64,000 bases of DNA, from NCBI GenBank assembly GCA_031371545.1, contig JANMJU010000026.1:1337-65336 (forward strand), read 5' to 3'. Positions 48,314 to 58,411 of the stretch are shown here, piece after piece. Every line of letters begins with the position of its first letter. Position 1 is the stretch's first letter. This stretch comes from Chitinophagaceae bacterium (lineage in GTDB: Bacteria; Bacteroidota; Bacteroidia; Chitinophagales; Chitinophagaceae). The translations under genes were made by a program, and so were the position numbers. The notes below the pieces were generated by a model, which had not been told where the DNA came from, ran no database searches, and saw only the letters and a list, made by a program, of their open reading frames with translations.

Positions 48314-49147
48314 ATGTTGTTTATGTCTCAACTCACCATCACCACTATTCAAACCAAACTTGTTTGGGAAGATAAAGCTGCCAATCTGCAATTGCTGGAA
48401 GAAAAGATAAATGCAATTGAAGAAAGAACAGAGATAGTGGTGTTGCCAGAAATGTTCAGTACCGGCTTTAGTATGCAGCCACAATTGTTTGCCGAAACAA
48501 TGGATGGAGAAACGGTGGACTGGATGAGAAGAATTGCAGAAGACAAAAGGATTATTGTAACAGGAAGCATTATTATAAAAGAAGACAATCATTTTTACAA
48601 CCGTCTCATCTGGATGCTGCCAAACGGGGATGTTGGTTTTTATAACAAGCGCCATTTATTTGCTTACGCCGAAGAGGATAAACATTACACAGCCGGCAAC
48701 AAAAGATTGATTGCATCTGTAAAAGGGTGGAAAATAAATCTGCAGGTTTGTTTTGATTTGCGTTTTCCTGTGTGGGCAAGACAAGCGGCCCCTTCACCGT
48801 CTCCTCCGCTGATTAGCGCAGAGAAGAAAGCAAATCCTGAATTTGATGTTTTGATTTATGTTGCCAACTGGCCCGAAAAACGCAGCCATGCCTGGAAAAC
48901 ATTATTGTGTGCAAGAGCCATCGAAAATCAATGCTACGTTGTTGGGGTAAACAGGGTGGGTGCTGATGGCCATAATATTAATCACAGTGGTAACAGTTTG
49001 GTGATTGATCCGCTGGGTGAAGTACTTTACCACATGGCTGATGAAGAAGATATTTTCACTATCACATTGCAAAAAGAATGGCTGGAAGAAGTGAGAACAA
49101 AATTTCCTTTCTGGAAAGATGGGGATGATTTTTTAATCAATAAATAA
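48314..49147 (+). CDS. Carbon-nitrogen hydrolase (nitrilase superfamily, omega-amidase/YafV-like)
   Basis: Glu-Lys-Cys triad contexts VVLPEMFSTGF, YNKRHLF and LQVCFDLRFP. Confidence 0.82.
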   Translation: MLFMSQLTITTIQTKLVWEDKAANLQLLEEKINAIEERTEIVVLPEMFSTGFSMQPQLFAETMDGETVDWMRRIAEDKRIIVTGSIIIKEDNHFYNRLIWMLPNGDVGFYNKRHLFAYAEEDKHYTAGNKRLIASVKGWKINLQVCFDLRFPVWARQAAPSPSPPLISAEKKANPEFDVLIYVANWPEKRSHAWKTLLCARAIENQCYVVGVNRVGADGHNINHSGNSLVIDPLGEVLYHMADEEDIFTITLQKEWLEEVRTKFPFWKDGDDFLINK

Positions 49148-49150
49148 AAA

Positions 49151-50644
49151 TTATCGATTGCCTGCCTTTATTATCTCTTTTACAATCAGCATTTTTCTGT
49201 CCATACTTTTTCTTACACCTTCTACTGTTGGTGGAATATAAATATCAGGAGCCACCCCCCTCCCATCTTTCGGTACATGATTGTATTGCACAATTTTAAA
49301 AAATGGCAGCCTTACTCTCAGCTTAGTTTTAGGTAAAGTAATATCAGGAATCATTACGCCGCTGTTGCCATACCAGCCACCGCCGGTTTCTTCTCCTGCA
49401 AGTGTTATGTTTTGTTGTCCCTTTACTGCATTGCAAAATAAAGTGGAAGCAGAAAATGTTGGTCCGTTGGTAAGTACATACACTTTTCCATCAAAATGAT
49501 TTTTCTTTTTTGGTTTGTACAAATGTCTTTCCCAATAACCAAAATGATAATTGCCGTCTGTATGTTTTTTTGTGAGAAACCACAGCCCGATATTGCTAAG
49601 CCAACCCTGCCTGATATAACTGGTATAAGGAGCAAATGATTTGGCCACGGCATAAGCAGAGTCGGCCACTTTAAAAGGTTTTTTACGCAGGTATTTGGTG
49701 AGCAGCACATGCATATTAATATCGCCCCCACCATTACTTCTTAAATCAATAATTAAATTCTTTACCTGCTGCTCTTTAATTTTTTGGAATGAATTTTTTA
49801 TAAAACGCCGCAGGTGTCTGCCTCCGCCGTTACTAAAAGTATTGAGTGTTATTGTTGCCGTATTGCTGCTGTCTATTGTTAGCGAACGGTAGCTTTCCCG
49901 TTGCTCTTTTTTTACCTGCTGCTTTGAAACTTTTACCAGCGGCTTAATTTTTTTTGACTTAACCGTATCTGGCTGTGGGCTCCACATCGGAATTAAAATA
50001 GTTTTTTCATCGCCGCTGCTGTCAATATAACCAACTCTGTAATTTTTAAACAAACCAAAAACATTGCGGTGGTAATAAGGAAAATTTCCGCTGATACGGA
50101 TGTAGTTTACATTATCAGCATATCCATCCGCCGGCAGGTATTGAAAAATTTTTTGCACCAGCTCATGATTTTTTACACCATTGACGGAAGTAATGAGTGT
50201 ACCATATTTTAATACAGAATCTTTATGATTGAGATTGCCCATTACAATCATGGTATCGCCCCACACTTTCAGGTACAATGGAAAAGAAGGAATGGTTTTT
50301 CCTCTTATATATTTCCCCCATTGTTTACTCATGCCAAAGCTGGTGTGGCCGCAATGGATCTTTTGTGTAAGCGGCGCTAATACCTCCCAGCCAAAACGCA
50401 GTTCCGTCATGCTGTCTGCAATATTATTGTACAGGCTGTCGAAATAAAAATTCATGCTGTCTTTAGGAGTGTACCAATAAAGTGCAGGATGTTTTTTTTC
50501 CAGAATATTTCTTAGCAAAGTATAATCCTCCTGCAGTTCCTGCCGGGTAAATTTTTTATTGGCGTCGTAATTTTTATTACTGGCAGCACAACCAGACAAA
50601 AGCCAAATAACAATTACAAGAGGAGGAATAATTTTATTTATCAT
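49151..50644 (-). CDS. S41 family peptidase (tail-specific protease-like lipoprotein)
   Basis: Lipobox LLSGC, LIIDLRSNGGGD and TNGPTFSAST motifs. Confidence 0.8.
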   Translation of the reverse strand: MINKIIPPLVIVIWLLSGCAASNKNYDANKKFTRQELQEDYTLLRNILEKKHPALYWYTPKDSMNFYFDSLYNNIADSMTELRFGWEVLAPLTQKIHCGHTSFGMSKQWGKYIRGKTIPSFPLYLKVWGDTMIVMGNLNHKDSVLKYGTLITSVNGVKNHELVQKIFQYLPADGYADNVNYIRISGNFPYYHRNVFGLFKNYRVGYIDSSGDEKTILIPMWSPQPDTVKSKKIKPLVKVSKQQVKKEQRESYRSLTIDSSNTATITLNTFSNGGGRHLRRFIKNSFQKIKEQQVKNLIIDLRSNGGGDINMHVLLTKYLRKKPFKVADSAYAVAKSFAPYTSYIRQGWLSNIGLWFLTKKHTDGNYHFGYWERHLYKPKKKNHFDGKVYVLTNGPTFSASTLFCNAVKGQQNITLAGEETGGGWYGNSGVMIPDITLPKTKLRVRLPFFKIVQYNHVPKDGRGVAPDIYIPPTVEGVRKSMDRKMLIVKEIIKAGNR

Positions 50645-50653
50645 TTTTCGCTA

Positions 50654-51685
50654 TCAACTTTTCATGTGGTTCCAGCCCTGTGCTACCAACTCATGTTTAT
50701 TTCCACCCCTTGTTAAAATATGTTTGCCTTCTTCCGTTGCAGTCATATAACCAATGACGCTGATCTGGTCATTGAGTTTTACTTTTTCATAATCTTCCTG
50801 GGCAACAGTAAACAATAATTCATAATCTTCACCACCACTCAATGCACAGGCAGTAGGATCTAATTCTAATTTATAAGCAAATTGTTTTGCATCTTCATAC
50901 ACCGGAATTTTATCTTCATAAATTACGCACCCTAAATTACTTTGTTTGCAGATGTGCAAAGCCTCACTGCTGAGGCCGTCGCTTACATCAATCATGGCGG
51001 TAGGTACTATTTCGCTGTCGCTGAAAAATTCTATGATATCATACCTTGCTTCCGGTTTCAGCAAGCGGCCAACAATATAATCCTGTCCTTCCAGATCGGG
51101 CTGGGCGCCTGTTTCAGCAAATATTTTTTTCTCTCTTTCTAAAATGGTCAACCCTAAAAAAGCGCCGCCTAAAAATCCACTCACACAAAGCAGGTCGCCT
51201 TTATTGGCAGTACTGCGTTTTACAAATTTATCCGGCGCCACTTCTCCTACACAGGTAACAGAAATCACAAACCCTTTTTGAGAAGAAGTGGTATCACCAC
51301 CAATCAGGTCCACACCATACTTTTCACAGGCGGCATATACTCCATCATAAAACTCATCCATGGCTTCCAAACTAAAACGGTTGCTGAAAGCAATGCTCAA
51401 TGTAATGTGAGTGGGTGTTGCATTCATTGCATAGATATCACTTAGGTTTACGATCACAGATTTGTAGCCCAAATGTTTCAGTGGTGTGTACATCAAATCG
51501 AAATGGATACCCTCTATGAGCATATCTGTAGTGATTACCGTTTGCTTTCCGAAATGATCAATTACCGCAGCATCATCTCCCACACTTAAAATAGTAGAAG
51601 CATTTTTTGTTTCATTGTTTTGTGTCAAATGATCTATTAAACCAAATTCACCAAGAGATGATATTTCTGTACGTTCATTACTCAT
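50654..51685 (-). CDS. thiL: Thiamine-phosphate kinase
   Basis: LGEFGLIDHL and VGDDAAV at the N-terminus with AIR-synthase-like fold motifs. 343 aa. Confidence 0.88.
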   Translation of the reverse strand: MSNERTEISSLGEFGLIDHLTQNNETKNASTILSVGDDAAVIDHFGKQTVITTDMLIEGIHFDLMYTPLKHLGYKSVIVNLSDIYAMNATPTHITLSIAFSNRFSLEAMDEFYDGVYAACEKYGVDLIGGDTTSSQKGFVISVTCVGEVAPDKFVKRSTANKGDLLCVSGFLGGAFLGLTILEREKKIFAETGAQPDLEGQDYIVGRLLKPEARYDIIEFFSDSEIVPTAMIDVSDGLSSEALHICKQSNLGCVIYEDKIPVYEDAKQFAYKLELDPTACALSGGEDYELLFTVAQEDYEKVKLNDQISVIGYMTATEEGKHILTRGGNKHELVAQGWNHMKS

Positions 51686-51705
51686 TGTTATTTTAATTAA
51701 ATTTT

Positions 51706-52482
51706 TTATAAAGATTTTCCGTTGATTATTTGCAACAGTTCATCATGTATTAAACCGTTTGTAGCAAGAATGTGAGGTTGATAAACAGAATAATATTCGC
51801 CATTGAAATCTGTTACTTTTCCTCCCGCCTCTTCAACTATTAAAAAGCCTGCGGCACTGTCCCAGGCTTGTAATTTATGTTCATAAAAACCATCAAAGCG
51901 GCCAGCGGCCAGCCAGCAAAGATCTAAAGCCGCACTGCCCAGTCTTCTTACCGGCACACCTTTTCGTATCAACTTTTCAAACACCTGCAATGGGCCATTG
52001 GGAGCATCAAGGTAAGTGTAAGGAAAACCTGTAACAAGACAACTGTTTATCACTTTATCTTTTCTAGTAACGGTCAATTTTTTATCATTGAGCCAGGCAC
52101 CCACACCTTTTTCAGCAAAATAAAACTCATTCATAAAAGGATTATATACAGCGCCCATTATCATTTTGCCTTTATGCTCCACCCCGATACTTACACAACA
52201 AATAGGGATGTTATTGGCAAAATTAATGGTGCCGTCAATCGGGTCAATAATCCATTTGTATTCACTGTCCATTTTTATTTCACCAGCCTCTTCACTCAAA
52301 ATAAAATGATTGGGGAAGTCATTTTTAATTACTTCAAAAATTGCTTTTTCTGAAGCATGATCAGCTTCTGTTACCGGGTTGTTGATGCCCTCTTTATTGG
52401 TAATTTTAAAATCGGTATTGAAAAAACGAAGCAATTCTTTTGCTCCTGCTTCCGTAGCTTTTAGTAAAGTACTTTTTATCAT
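51706..52482 (-). CDS. Inositol monophosphatase family protein (SuhB-like)
   Basis: SEE, WIIDPIDGTINF and AWDSAAG motifs. Confidence 0.88.
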   Translation of the reverse strand: MIKSTLLKATEAGAKELLRFFNTDFKITNKEGINNPVTEADHASEKAIFEVIKNDFPNHFILSEEAGEIKMDSEYKWIIDPIDGTINFANNIPICCVSIGVEHKGKMIMGAVYNPFMNEFYFAEKGVGAWLNDKKLTVTRKDKVINSCLVTGFPYTYLDAPNGPLQVFEKLIRKGVPVRRLGSAALDLCWLAAGRFDGFYEHKLQAWDSAAGFLIVEEAGGKVTDFNGEYYSVYQPHILATNGLIHDELLQIINGKSL

Positions 52483-52682
52483 GGCGCAAAGATAAGCCCC
52501 ATTGCTTATCTATTCGACCACCAGTTATTTGTTATGGATATAAAAAGATAACCGTTGCATGTTTTGATAAAATGGCTATTTTTTATAAAAGCAGCCACAT
52601 TGTTATAGCGAAGTATAAATAAATGATAGTATTTTGCCTTTGCTAATAAAATATATTTAGCAATGATAAAATAAGCAGTCAT

Positions 52683-53846
52683 TTGCAACTCTCCATCATC
52701 ATAATAAACTACAATGTAAAATTTTTTTTAGAGCAATGCCTTGCATCTGTGATAAAAGCCTGTAAAAATATTGAAGCCGAAATATTGGTGGCAGATAATA
52801 ATTCTTCAGATGGAAGCAAAGAGTTTTTTAAAGACAGGTTTGCCGTAGTAAAATTTACGTGGCTTAAAGAAAATATTGGATTTGCCAAAGCTAATAATAT
52901 AGTACTGCAGCAGGCTGCAGGAGAAAAAGTTTTATTCCTCAACCCGGATACCATTTTGCCGGAAGACTGTTTAGAAAAATGTCTTCATTTTTTTTCTACA
53001 CAAAATGATTTGGGTGTGTTGGGTGTAAAAATGATTGACGGCAGCGGAAAATATTTATCAGAAAGTAAAAGGGGTTTTCCATCTGTATTTACTTCATTTT
53101 GTAAAATGTCAGGACTTACAAGGCTGTTTCCTAATTCAAAATTATTGGCTAACTATTACCTTGGTCATTTGCCGGAAAATAAAACGAATGAAGTAGATGT
53201 ATTGGCGGGTGCTTTTATGATGATCAATAAAAAAGTACTGGATACGGTCGGAAGTTTTGATGAATCTTTTTTTATGTATGCAGAAGATATTGACCTGAGC
53301 TACCGGATACAAAAAGCTGGATATAGAAATTACTATTTTGCCAACAGCACTATTATACATTTTAAAGGAGAGAGCACACAAAAAGAAACCCTGCAGTACT
53401 TCCGGTTATTTTATGGCGCCATGTTGCTGTTTGTAAAAAAGCAATATGGCAAGGCAGTTCCATTTTTCTTTTCATTGCTGATATCAGTTGCCATTGCTGC
53501 CAAATCTATTTTAGCAGGGATTAAAAAATTATTTAAAAAACCAAACGAAGCACCGAAAAAAAAATATGCTTACAGCAAAACGCTTGTTGTAAGTGATGCT
53601 GACCATTTCCAAAATATTCAACCAGGCCTTCAACAATATTTTAGTCAACTGGAAAGAGTTGGCGATTTAAATAACATTGCGCCAACAACTACTACGCTGA
53701 TTTTGTGTGAACCAACAGTATCATTTGAAGATGTAATAACCCTCATGCAGCAACGGAAATTAAAATTCTTTATTCATGCAGCAGGAACTAAAAGTATTGT
53801 GGGCAGCAGGGATAAAAAAAGTAGCGGAGTTGGTATGCCTGTCTGA
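52683..53846 (+). CDS. Glycosyltransferase family 2
   Basis: LSIIIINYN, ADNNSSDGS, NPD and YAEDIDLSYR (GT-A DxD/ED motifs). Apparent TTG start. Confidence 0.82.
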   Translation: MQLSIIIINYNVKFFLEQCLASVIKACKNIEAEILVADNNSSDGSKEFFKDRFAVVKFTWLKENIGFAKANNIVLQQAAGEKVLFLNPDTILPEDCLEKCLHFFSTQNDLGVLGVKMIDGSGKYLSESKRGFPSVFTSFCKMSGLTRLFPNSKLLANYYLGHLPENKTNEVDVLAGAFMMINKKVLDTVGSFDESFFMYAEDIDLSYRIQKAGYRNYYFANSTIIHFKGESTQKETLQYFRLFYGAMLLFVKKQYGKAVPFFFSLLISVAIAAKSILAGIKKLFKKPNEAPKKKYAYSKTLVVSDADHFQNIQPGLQQYFSQLERVGDLNNIAPTTTTLILCEPTVSFEDVITLMQQRKLKFFIHAAGTKSIVGSRDKKSSGVGMPV

Positions 53847-53872
53847 AATGAAAAATAAGTTGGTGAAAGATC

Positions 53873-54838
53873 TTAGGATAAAGTTTTAGTAGTCTTACCA
53901 ATCATCAGCCCGTTATGATAAACTTCTACGGTGTATTTTCCCGGCAAATATTTATCTGCCTGCAAAGAAAAATTTAGCTTTTTTGTTTCACCGCCATTGT
54001 TATCAAACCGTAATTTATTTGAGTATATCTGTTTGCCTGATTTTGTGTAAAAAATACCCGTCTCCCAATTAGAGTTTTGCAGCACTTTTCCATTTGGCTG
54101 CAGCACCACCACCATTACTTCCAGAATTGTATTTTGTGCACCGCCGTTTTTTACCATAAATGATCCAACCAATTTATCCGTTTCTTCTGCCATGGTAGTT
54201 TCCTTTTCTGTAAAATCGTTTCCGCTAATTGCAGACAGTTGAATATTATCAACTCTCAAAGCTGCATCTGTAGCTGGTTTGGAGATGCTGTTGTTTTCTA
54301 TGCTAGTGCCTCTTGCAGCATTGTCAGTAGTTTTTCCTTCAGTGGCTAATTGTTTCAGCAAAGCATACAGCCGTTCATTTTCTTTTGTTATTTCTGTGTT
54401 CTTATTTTTCAGTAATCCAACAAGCGCTTGTAGTTCACCAATTTTCATTTTGGCTAACTCCAAATCTGCATTGGGGCTTTTGTCCTGCAAAATGGTATTG
54501 ATTTCATTTCGCAGTTTGTCAAATGCTGCGGATGTATTTACTGTCTTGCTGTTTAAAGAATCTGGATATTGCGGATGTGCATTTAAAGTATCTGTGTATT
54601 TGGCGGGTGTGGCTGCAAATGAAGTATCCAAATCTTTAACGGCAGCAGAATATATTTTTTCAAGCGAATCCCTGGTGTTGTTAATTGATATTGCAACCGG
54701 TGGATTTTTAATCTTAGTAATATTGCTAAGGTCTGCAGGTTTTTTATAGTAGAGGTAAAGGGCAGCAGACAATAAGCCAACAGATATTAATAAAAATATC
54801 GAAACTATCACTAATAAAAAAGGCTTGGTTTCTTTCAT
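53873..54838 (-). CDS. Hypothetical membrane-anchored coiled-coil protein
   Basis: N-terminal TM (PFLLVIVSIFLLISVGLLSAALYLYY), heptad-like middle (ELQALVGLLKNKNTEITKENERLYALLKQL) and a beta-rich C-terminus. Confidence 0.45.
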   Translation of the reverse strand: MKETKPFLLVIVSIFLLISVGLLSAALYLYYKKPADLSNITKIKNPPVAISINNTRDSLEKIYSAAVKDLDTSFAATPAKYTDTLNAHPQYPDSLNSKTVNTSAAFDKLRNEINTILQDKSPNADLELAKMKIGELQALVGLLKNKNTEITKENERLYALLKQLATEGKTTDNAARGTSIENNSISKPATDAALRVDNIQLSAISGNDFTEKETTMAEETDKLVGSFMVKNGGAQNTILEVMVVVLQPNGKVLQNSNWETGIFYTKSGKQIYSNKLRFDNNGGETKKLNFSLQADKYLPGKYTVEVYHNGLMIGKTTKTLS

Positions 54839-54897
54839 TTTTTATTTGGGTAACAACCTGAAATTAAATGTAAAACATTTGCACTGCGGCAAAGAAT

Positions 54898-56049
54898 TTA
54901 TTTACGCACCTCCTGTGTAACATAAGCAGATATCCAACCCACCTGCCCGTTTTTTACCAGGTAAAATTCTTTGCGTTCATATACTCCATCAAACTGCCTC
55001 ATCACTTTTAGTAACAGCCCGGCTCCGGCCATTAATGACTTTTGATCAAAAACCTGGTGTACCGATTTTATTTCTTTTGAAATTTTTTCTTTGTCAAGGC
55101 TTTTATCACTAAGGTTTTTTATAAGTGCCACATCACTAAAGGAGCTGTATTTTTTGTACAAATTATCAAAGAGTTTTTCTACTTCTTGATAGGTTACCGG
55201 TACTACAGAATTATCAATCAGTTCCGGGTATAAAAGGGTGGACACAGACCAGGCAATGCCTCCGCTAAATGCGATGTAATCGTTCATGGCATAAGCACCA
55301 CTTTCATTTACTGCATACACCACATCGCTGTTTACTGCACCGGCCAGCACACGGGTTAATTGCTTTTGATAATTTTGAATGCTCTTATCATTGTCGCAGC
55401 GTTTGTCAACAGCATTGTTAGTGCTTTTGGTGCCCCACCCTAACTGGAACAATTTTAAATCTGTTGTATTGCCATTGGGAAAATAACCGCCCTTGCTGTT
55501 GCCACTTCCAATATCAATTAAAAAAGTATTGTAGCGCCGCTCTTCCGGTACAATGCCCAGGTGGCTCAGGCGGGCTTCTTCCAATATATCAATGATGGTT
55601 ACTTTCCTGTTTGGTTCAGCTATTCTTACTTTAAACGAATCGGCTAAATTATTTATCCAGGTTATTTTTTCTTCTTTGTCTGCCTGTATTTTTACGCCGC
55701 TGCTGATAGTGGTAAAAATTTTTTCTGATGGGATTTCATATTGCTTTACTGCTTTATCAAACAAAGCCTGCATGGCATTTAATGTAGCAAAGAAGGTAGG
55801 TGCCGAAAAGGAAATGAAGTCAGAGTTGATAGCAGTATCTTTTAAAACCAGGAAGCTTGCCCCTTTTTTATTTTTCTTGTTTACTTCAACGATGCTCATT
55901 TTTACACCTTTAGACCCAACCTCTATCCCGGCGTATGTTCTTGAATTGGTAAAATTTAGTTTTACATCATTCTGTGCCGGAAGGCTTGCAGCACAGACCA
56001 ACAACAGAAATGAAAAACATATTTTTTGCTTCAGAAAATTAGTGGCCAT
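54898..56049 (-). CDS. Secreted ASKHA-fold protein, Ppx/GppA- or GDA1/CD39-like phosphatase (tentative)
   Basis: Signal peptide, then the phosphate-binding loops YAGIEVGSKGVKMSIVEV and FLIDIGSGNSKGGY expected for actin-like ATPase-fold phosphatases. Confidence 0.45.
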   Translation of the reverse strand: MATNFLKQKICFSFLLLVCAASLPAQNDVKLNFTNSRTYAGIEVGSKGVKMSIVEVNKKNKKGASFLVLKDTAINSDFISFSAPTFFATLNAMQALFDKAVKQYEIPSEKIFTTISSGVKIQADKEEKITWINNLADSFKVRIAEPNRKVTIIDILEEARLSHLGIVPEERRYNTFLIDIGSGNSKGGYFPNGNTTDLKLFQLGWGTKSTNNAVDKRCDNDKSIQNYQKQLTRVLAGAVNSDVVYAVNESGAYAMNDYIAFSGGIAWSVSTLLYPELIDNSVVPVTYQEVEKLFDNLYKKYSSFSDVALIKNLSDKSLDKEKISKEIKSVHQVFDQKSLMAGAGLLLKVMRQFDGVYERKEFYLVKNGQVGWISAYVTQEVRK

Positions 56050-56304
56050 GTGGTAAAATTATTATGCGGTATCTAAATGGTATTGTAATAAAGTCCTGCT
56101 TTCTTTTCGTGAAAAATAAATCAGTTTTTATGAAACGTTTTGCCAATATTTTTCTATTTCCAAAATAATTGGTTCGTCTGTGTTAAAACAGCTAACCTAT
56201 CTGTTCACAAATCTAAATAACATTTAATTACTTCATGACTTTTAGCATGCTGTTACAGGATGTAATTTTCAACAAATAATACAGTAACCACCGTGGTTTG
56301 GGTA

Positions 56305-56335
56305 AAATAAAAAACCATTCCTAAAAGGAATGGCT
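56305..56335 (-). terminator. Intrinsic terminator after recA
   Basis: On the minus strand, a GCCATTCC-TTTTA-GGAATGG hairpin is followed by TTTTTTATTTT, about 30 nt after the recA stop. Confidence 0.8.
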
Positions 56336-56366
56336 TTTATATTTACTAACCCCTGAACTATAATTT

Positions 56367-57368
56367 TTATCCAGCCGCATTCTCTGCAATCTTGGCTCTT
56401 ATCTTAGCTTCTATTTCATTGGCCATGCCGGGATTATCTAAAAACAACTGTTTTACAGAATCCCTTCCCTGGCCTAATTTATTGGTATCATAACTAAACC
56501 AGCTTCCGCTTTTTTGAATAATACCAAGCTCAACACCCATATCAATAATTTCACCCACTTTGGAAATACCTTCGCCAAAAATAATATCAAACTCTGCAGT
56601 GCGGAATGGCGGAGCCACTTTATTCTTTACCACTTTTACTTTTACCCTGTTACCAATTGCATTGTCGCCATCTTTTATTTGAGCCATACGCCTGATGTCT
56701 AACCTTACAGATGAATAAAATTTCAAAGCGTTACCCCCGGTGGTTGTTTCTGGATTTCCAAACATCACCCCAATTTTTTCCCTTAACTGGTTAATAAAGA
56801 TGCAGCAACAATTAGTTTTAGAAATAGTGGCAGTAAGCTTACGCAATGCCTGGCTCATCAGCCTTGCCTGTAAACCCATTTTGCTGTCGCCCATTTCACC
56901 TTCTAATTCACTTTTAGGAACCAAGGCAGCTACCGAGTCAATCACCACCACATCAACCGCACCTGAAAGTATCAGCCTGTCAGCAATTTCTAAAGCCTGC
57001 TCACCATAATCGGGCTGAGAGATCAGTAAGTTATCAATATCAACTCCCAACTTTTGTGCATACGAACTGTCAAACGCATGTTCTGCATCTATAAAAGCAC
57101 ACATGCCGCCTTTCTTTTGTGCTTCTGCAATTACATGGGTGGCAACGGTGGTTTTGCCACTACTTTCCGGGCCATAAATTTCTACCACCCTTCCTTTTGG
57201 TAAACCGCCAATGCCAAGAGCCACATCCAGCCCCAGCGATCCTGTTGAAATTACTTCCTGTTCTATATGTGGCTTGTCGCCCATTATCATTACCGATCCT
57301 TTGCCGAAATCTTTATCAATTTTGTCGATTGTAAGTTTCAGCGCCTTTAATTTTTCTGCATTGCTCAT
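56367..57368 (-). CDS. recA: Recombinase RecA
   Basis: [12 protein letters not shown] Walker [10 protein letters not shown], and L1/L2 loop regions. Confidence 0.97.
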   Translation of the reverse strand: MSNAEKLKALKLTIDKIDKDFGKGSVMIMGDKPHIEQEVISTGSLGLDVALGIGGLPKGRVVEIYGPESSGKTTVATHVIAEAQKKGGMCAFIDAEHAFDSSYAQKLGVDIDNLLISQPDYGEQALEIADRLILSGAVDVVVIDSVAALVPKSELEGEMGDSKMGLQARLMSQALRKLTATISKTNCCCIFINQLREKIGVMFGNPETTTGGNALKFYSSVRLDIRRMAQIKDGDNAIGNRVKVKVVKNKVAPPFRTAEFDIIFGEGISKVGEIIDMGVELGIIQKSGSWFSYDTNKLGQGRDSVKQLFLDNPGMANEIEAKIRAKIAENAAG

Positions 57369-57848
57369 AATTGTAATTTTTTGTTGTGATGTATCTGGTT
57401 GTGCGTTGTAAAAATAAATTGGAAAACAAAGATAATAGGTTTCTTTTATTCACACTAATATTATTAGTATTTTTTTGATAAAATATTTAGTTGTGTTTAA
57501 AAATACCCCTTTCAATTTGTTGAAAGAGGTATTTTGGCCAAATAATTTTTAGGGTTGCACTTCCCGTTGGGTGCTTTACGGACGAAAACGGGCTTATGTT
57601 TATACTAGCCGGGGCAACTGAATTTCATAATTATTTCTTTTACAAAGAGACAAAACCCTGCATTTTTAAACAATACCCTAAAAGGGGAATTTTTTGGATG
57701 GAAAATCAATTCAAAATAGGCTTGTTTAATTAATTTGGCTTTTATCAACCAGTTTCATAAACTTTTAAAATACCGGTATTAATTAATTGTTACCAAATAC
57801 TAAAGCTCTTGTAACTCTAGCAATAAGGTTATAATTTTTACCAATAAA

Positions 57849-58346
57849 ATGATTGATATGAAATGGATTTTAATCAGCAGCCACAAGTCACCATTGCAGG
57901 AATATCATTTAATGGAAAATGATGAGTGCAAAGTAGTAATGAAATACAATCCGCTGCACCGCTCTGCCAGGATAAGCTGTGCCAACCAGCACCGGCTTTT
58001 TTTTATTGAAAGCACCGGATCGCTGACAGGAAAATATATTTTTAAAAATGAGTATGGAATGGAGATTGGAAATATGAGCAATGATAAATGGTTTGGAAAA
58101 GATGGTTCTGTTACGATAGAATCAAAAAAATATACCTACAGCATCAAAAATAATCCACTTGCAGAACTTACTATTTATGAAGGGATTTCTCAACAACCAT
58201 TGGTAAGTTGTGGATTGGCAATTGACACCGGCATCTCACCATCTGCTCACAACACAGATATTAATAACAAGTGCCTTCTGCTGGGCTTGTGCTGGTATTT
58301 ATTTTTACCGGCAGCCAAAGAAAATTTAGTGGAATATGCGGCCTGA
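57849..58346 (+). CDS. Hypothetical protein (165 aa)
   Basis: Intact ORF with a C-terminal hydrophobic segment (CLLLGLCWYLFLPAA); no motif recognised. Confidence 0.4.
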   Translation: MIDMKWILISSHKSPLQEYHLMENDECKVVMKYNPLHRSARISCANQHRLFFIESTGSLTGKYIFKNEYGMEIGNMSNDKWFGKDGSVTIESKKYTYSIKNNPLAELTIYEGISQQPLVSCGLAIDTGISPSAHNTDINNKCLLLGLCWYLFLPAAKENLVEYAA

Positions 58347-58411
58347 ATTTAGGCTGGCAAAAGCTTTCAGCGCACAGCCATTTTTACCAATAAAAAATTA
58401 TAAGCTATTAT

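Noticed and set aside
47710-48315. 201-aa ORF on the minus strand
   Set aside because: Antisense to the motif-rich DEAD-box helicase gene, with no features of its own.
48781-48840. Pro/Ser-rich stretch (QAAPSPSPPLISAEKKA) in the nitrilase-family protein, considered as a possible insertion or frameshift patch
   Set aside because: The reading frame is continuous and the catalytic Glu/Lys/Cys contexts on both sides are intact. It is most simply a lineage-specific surface loop.
55553-56056. 167-aa ORF on the plus strand
   Set aside because: Antisense to the 383-aa secreted ASKHA-like gene, which has a signal peptide and phosphate-loop motifs.
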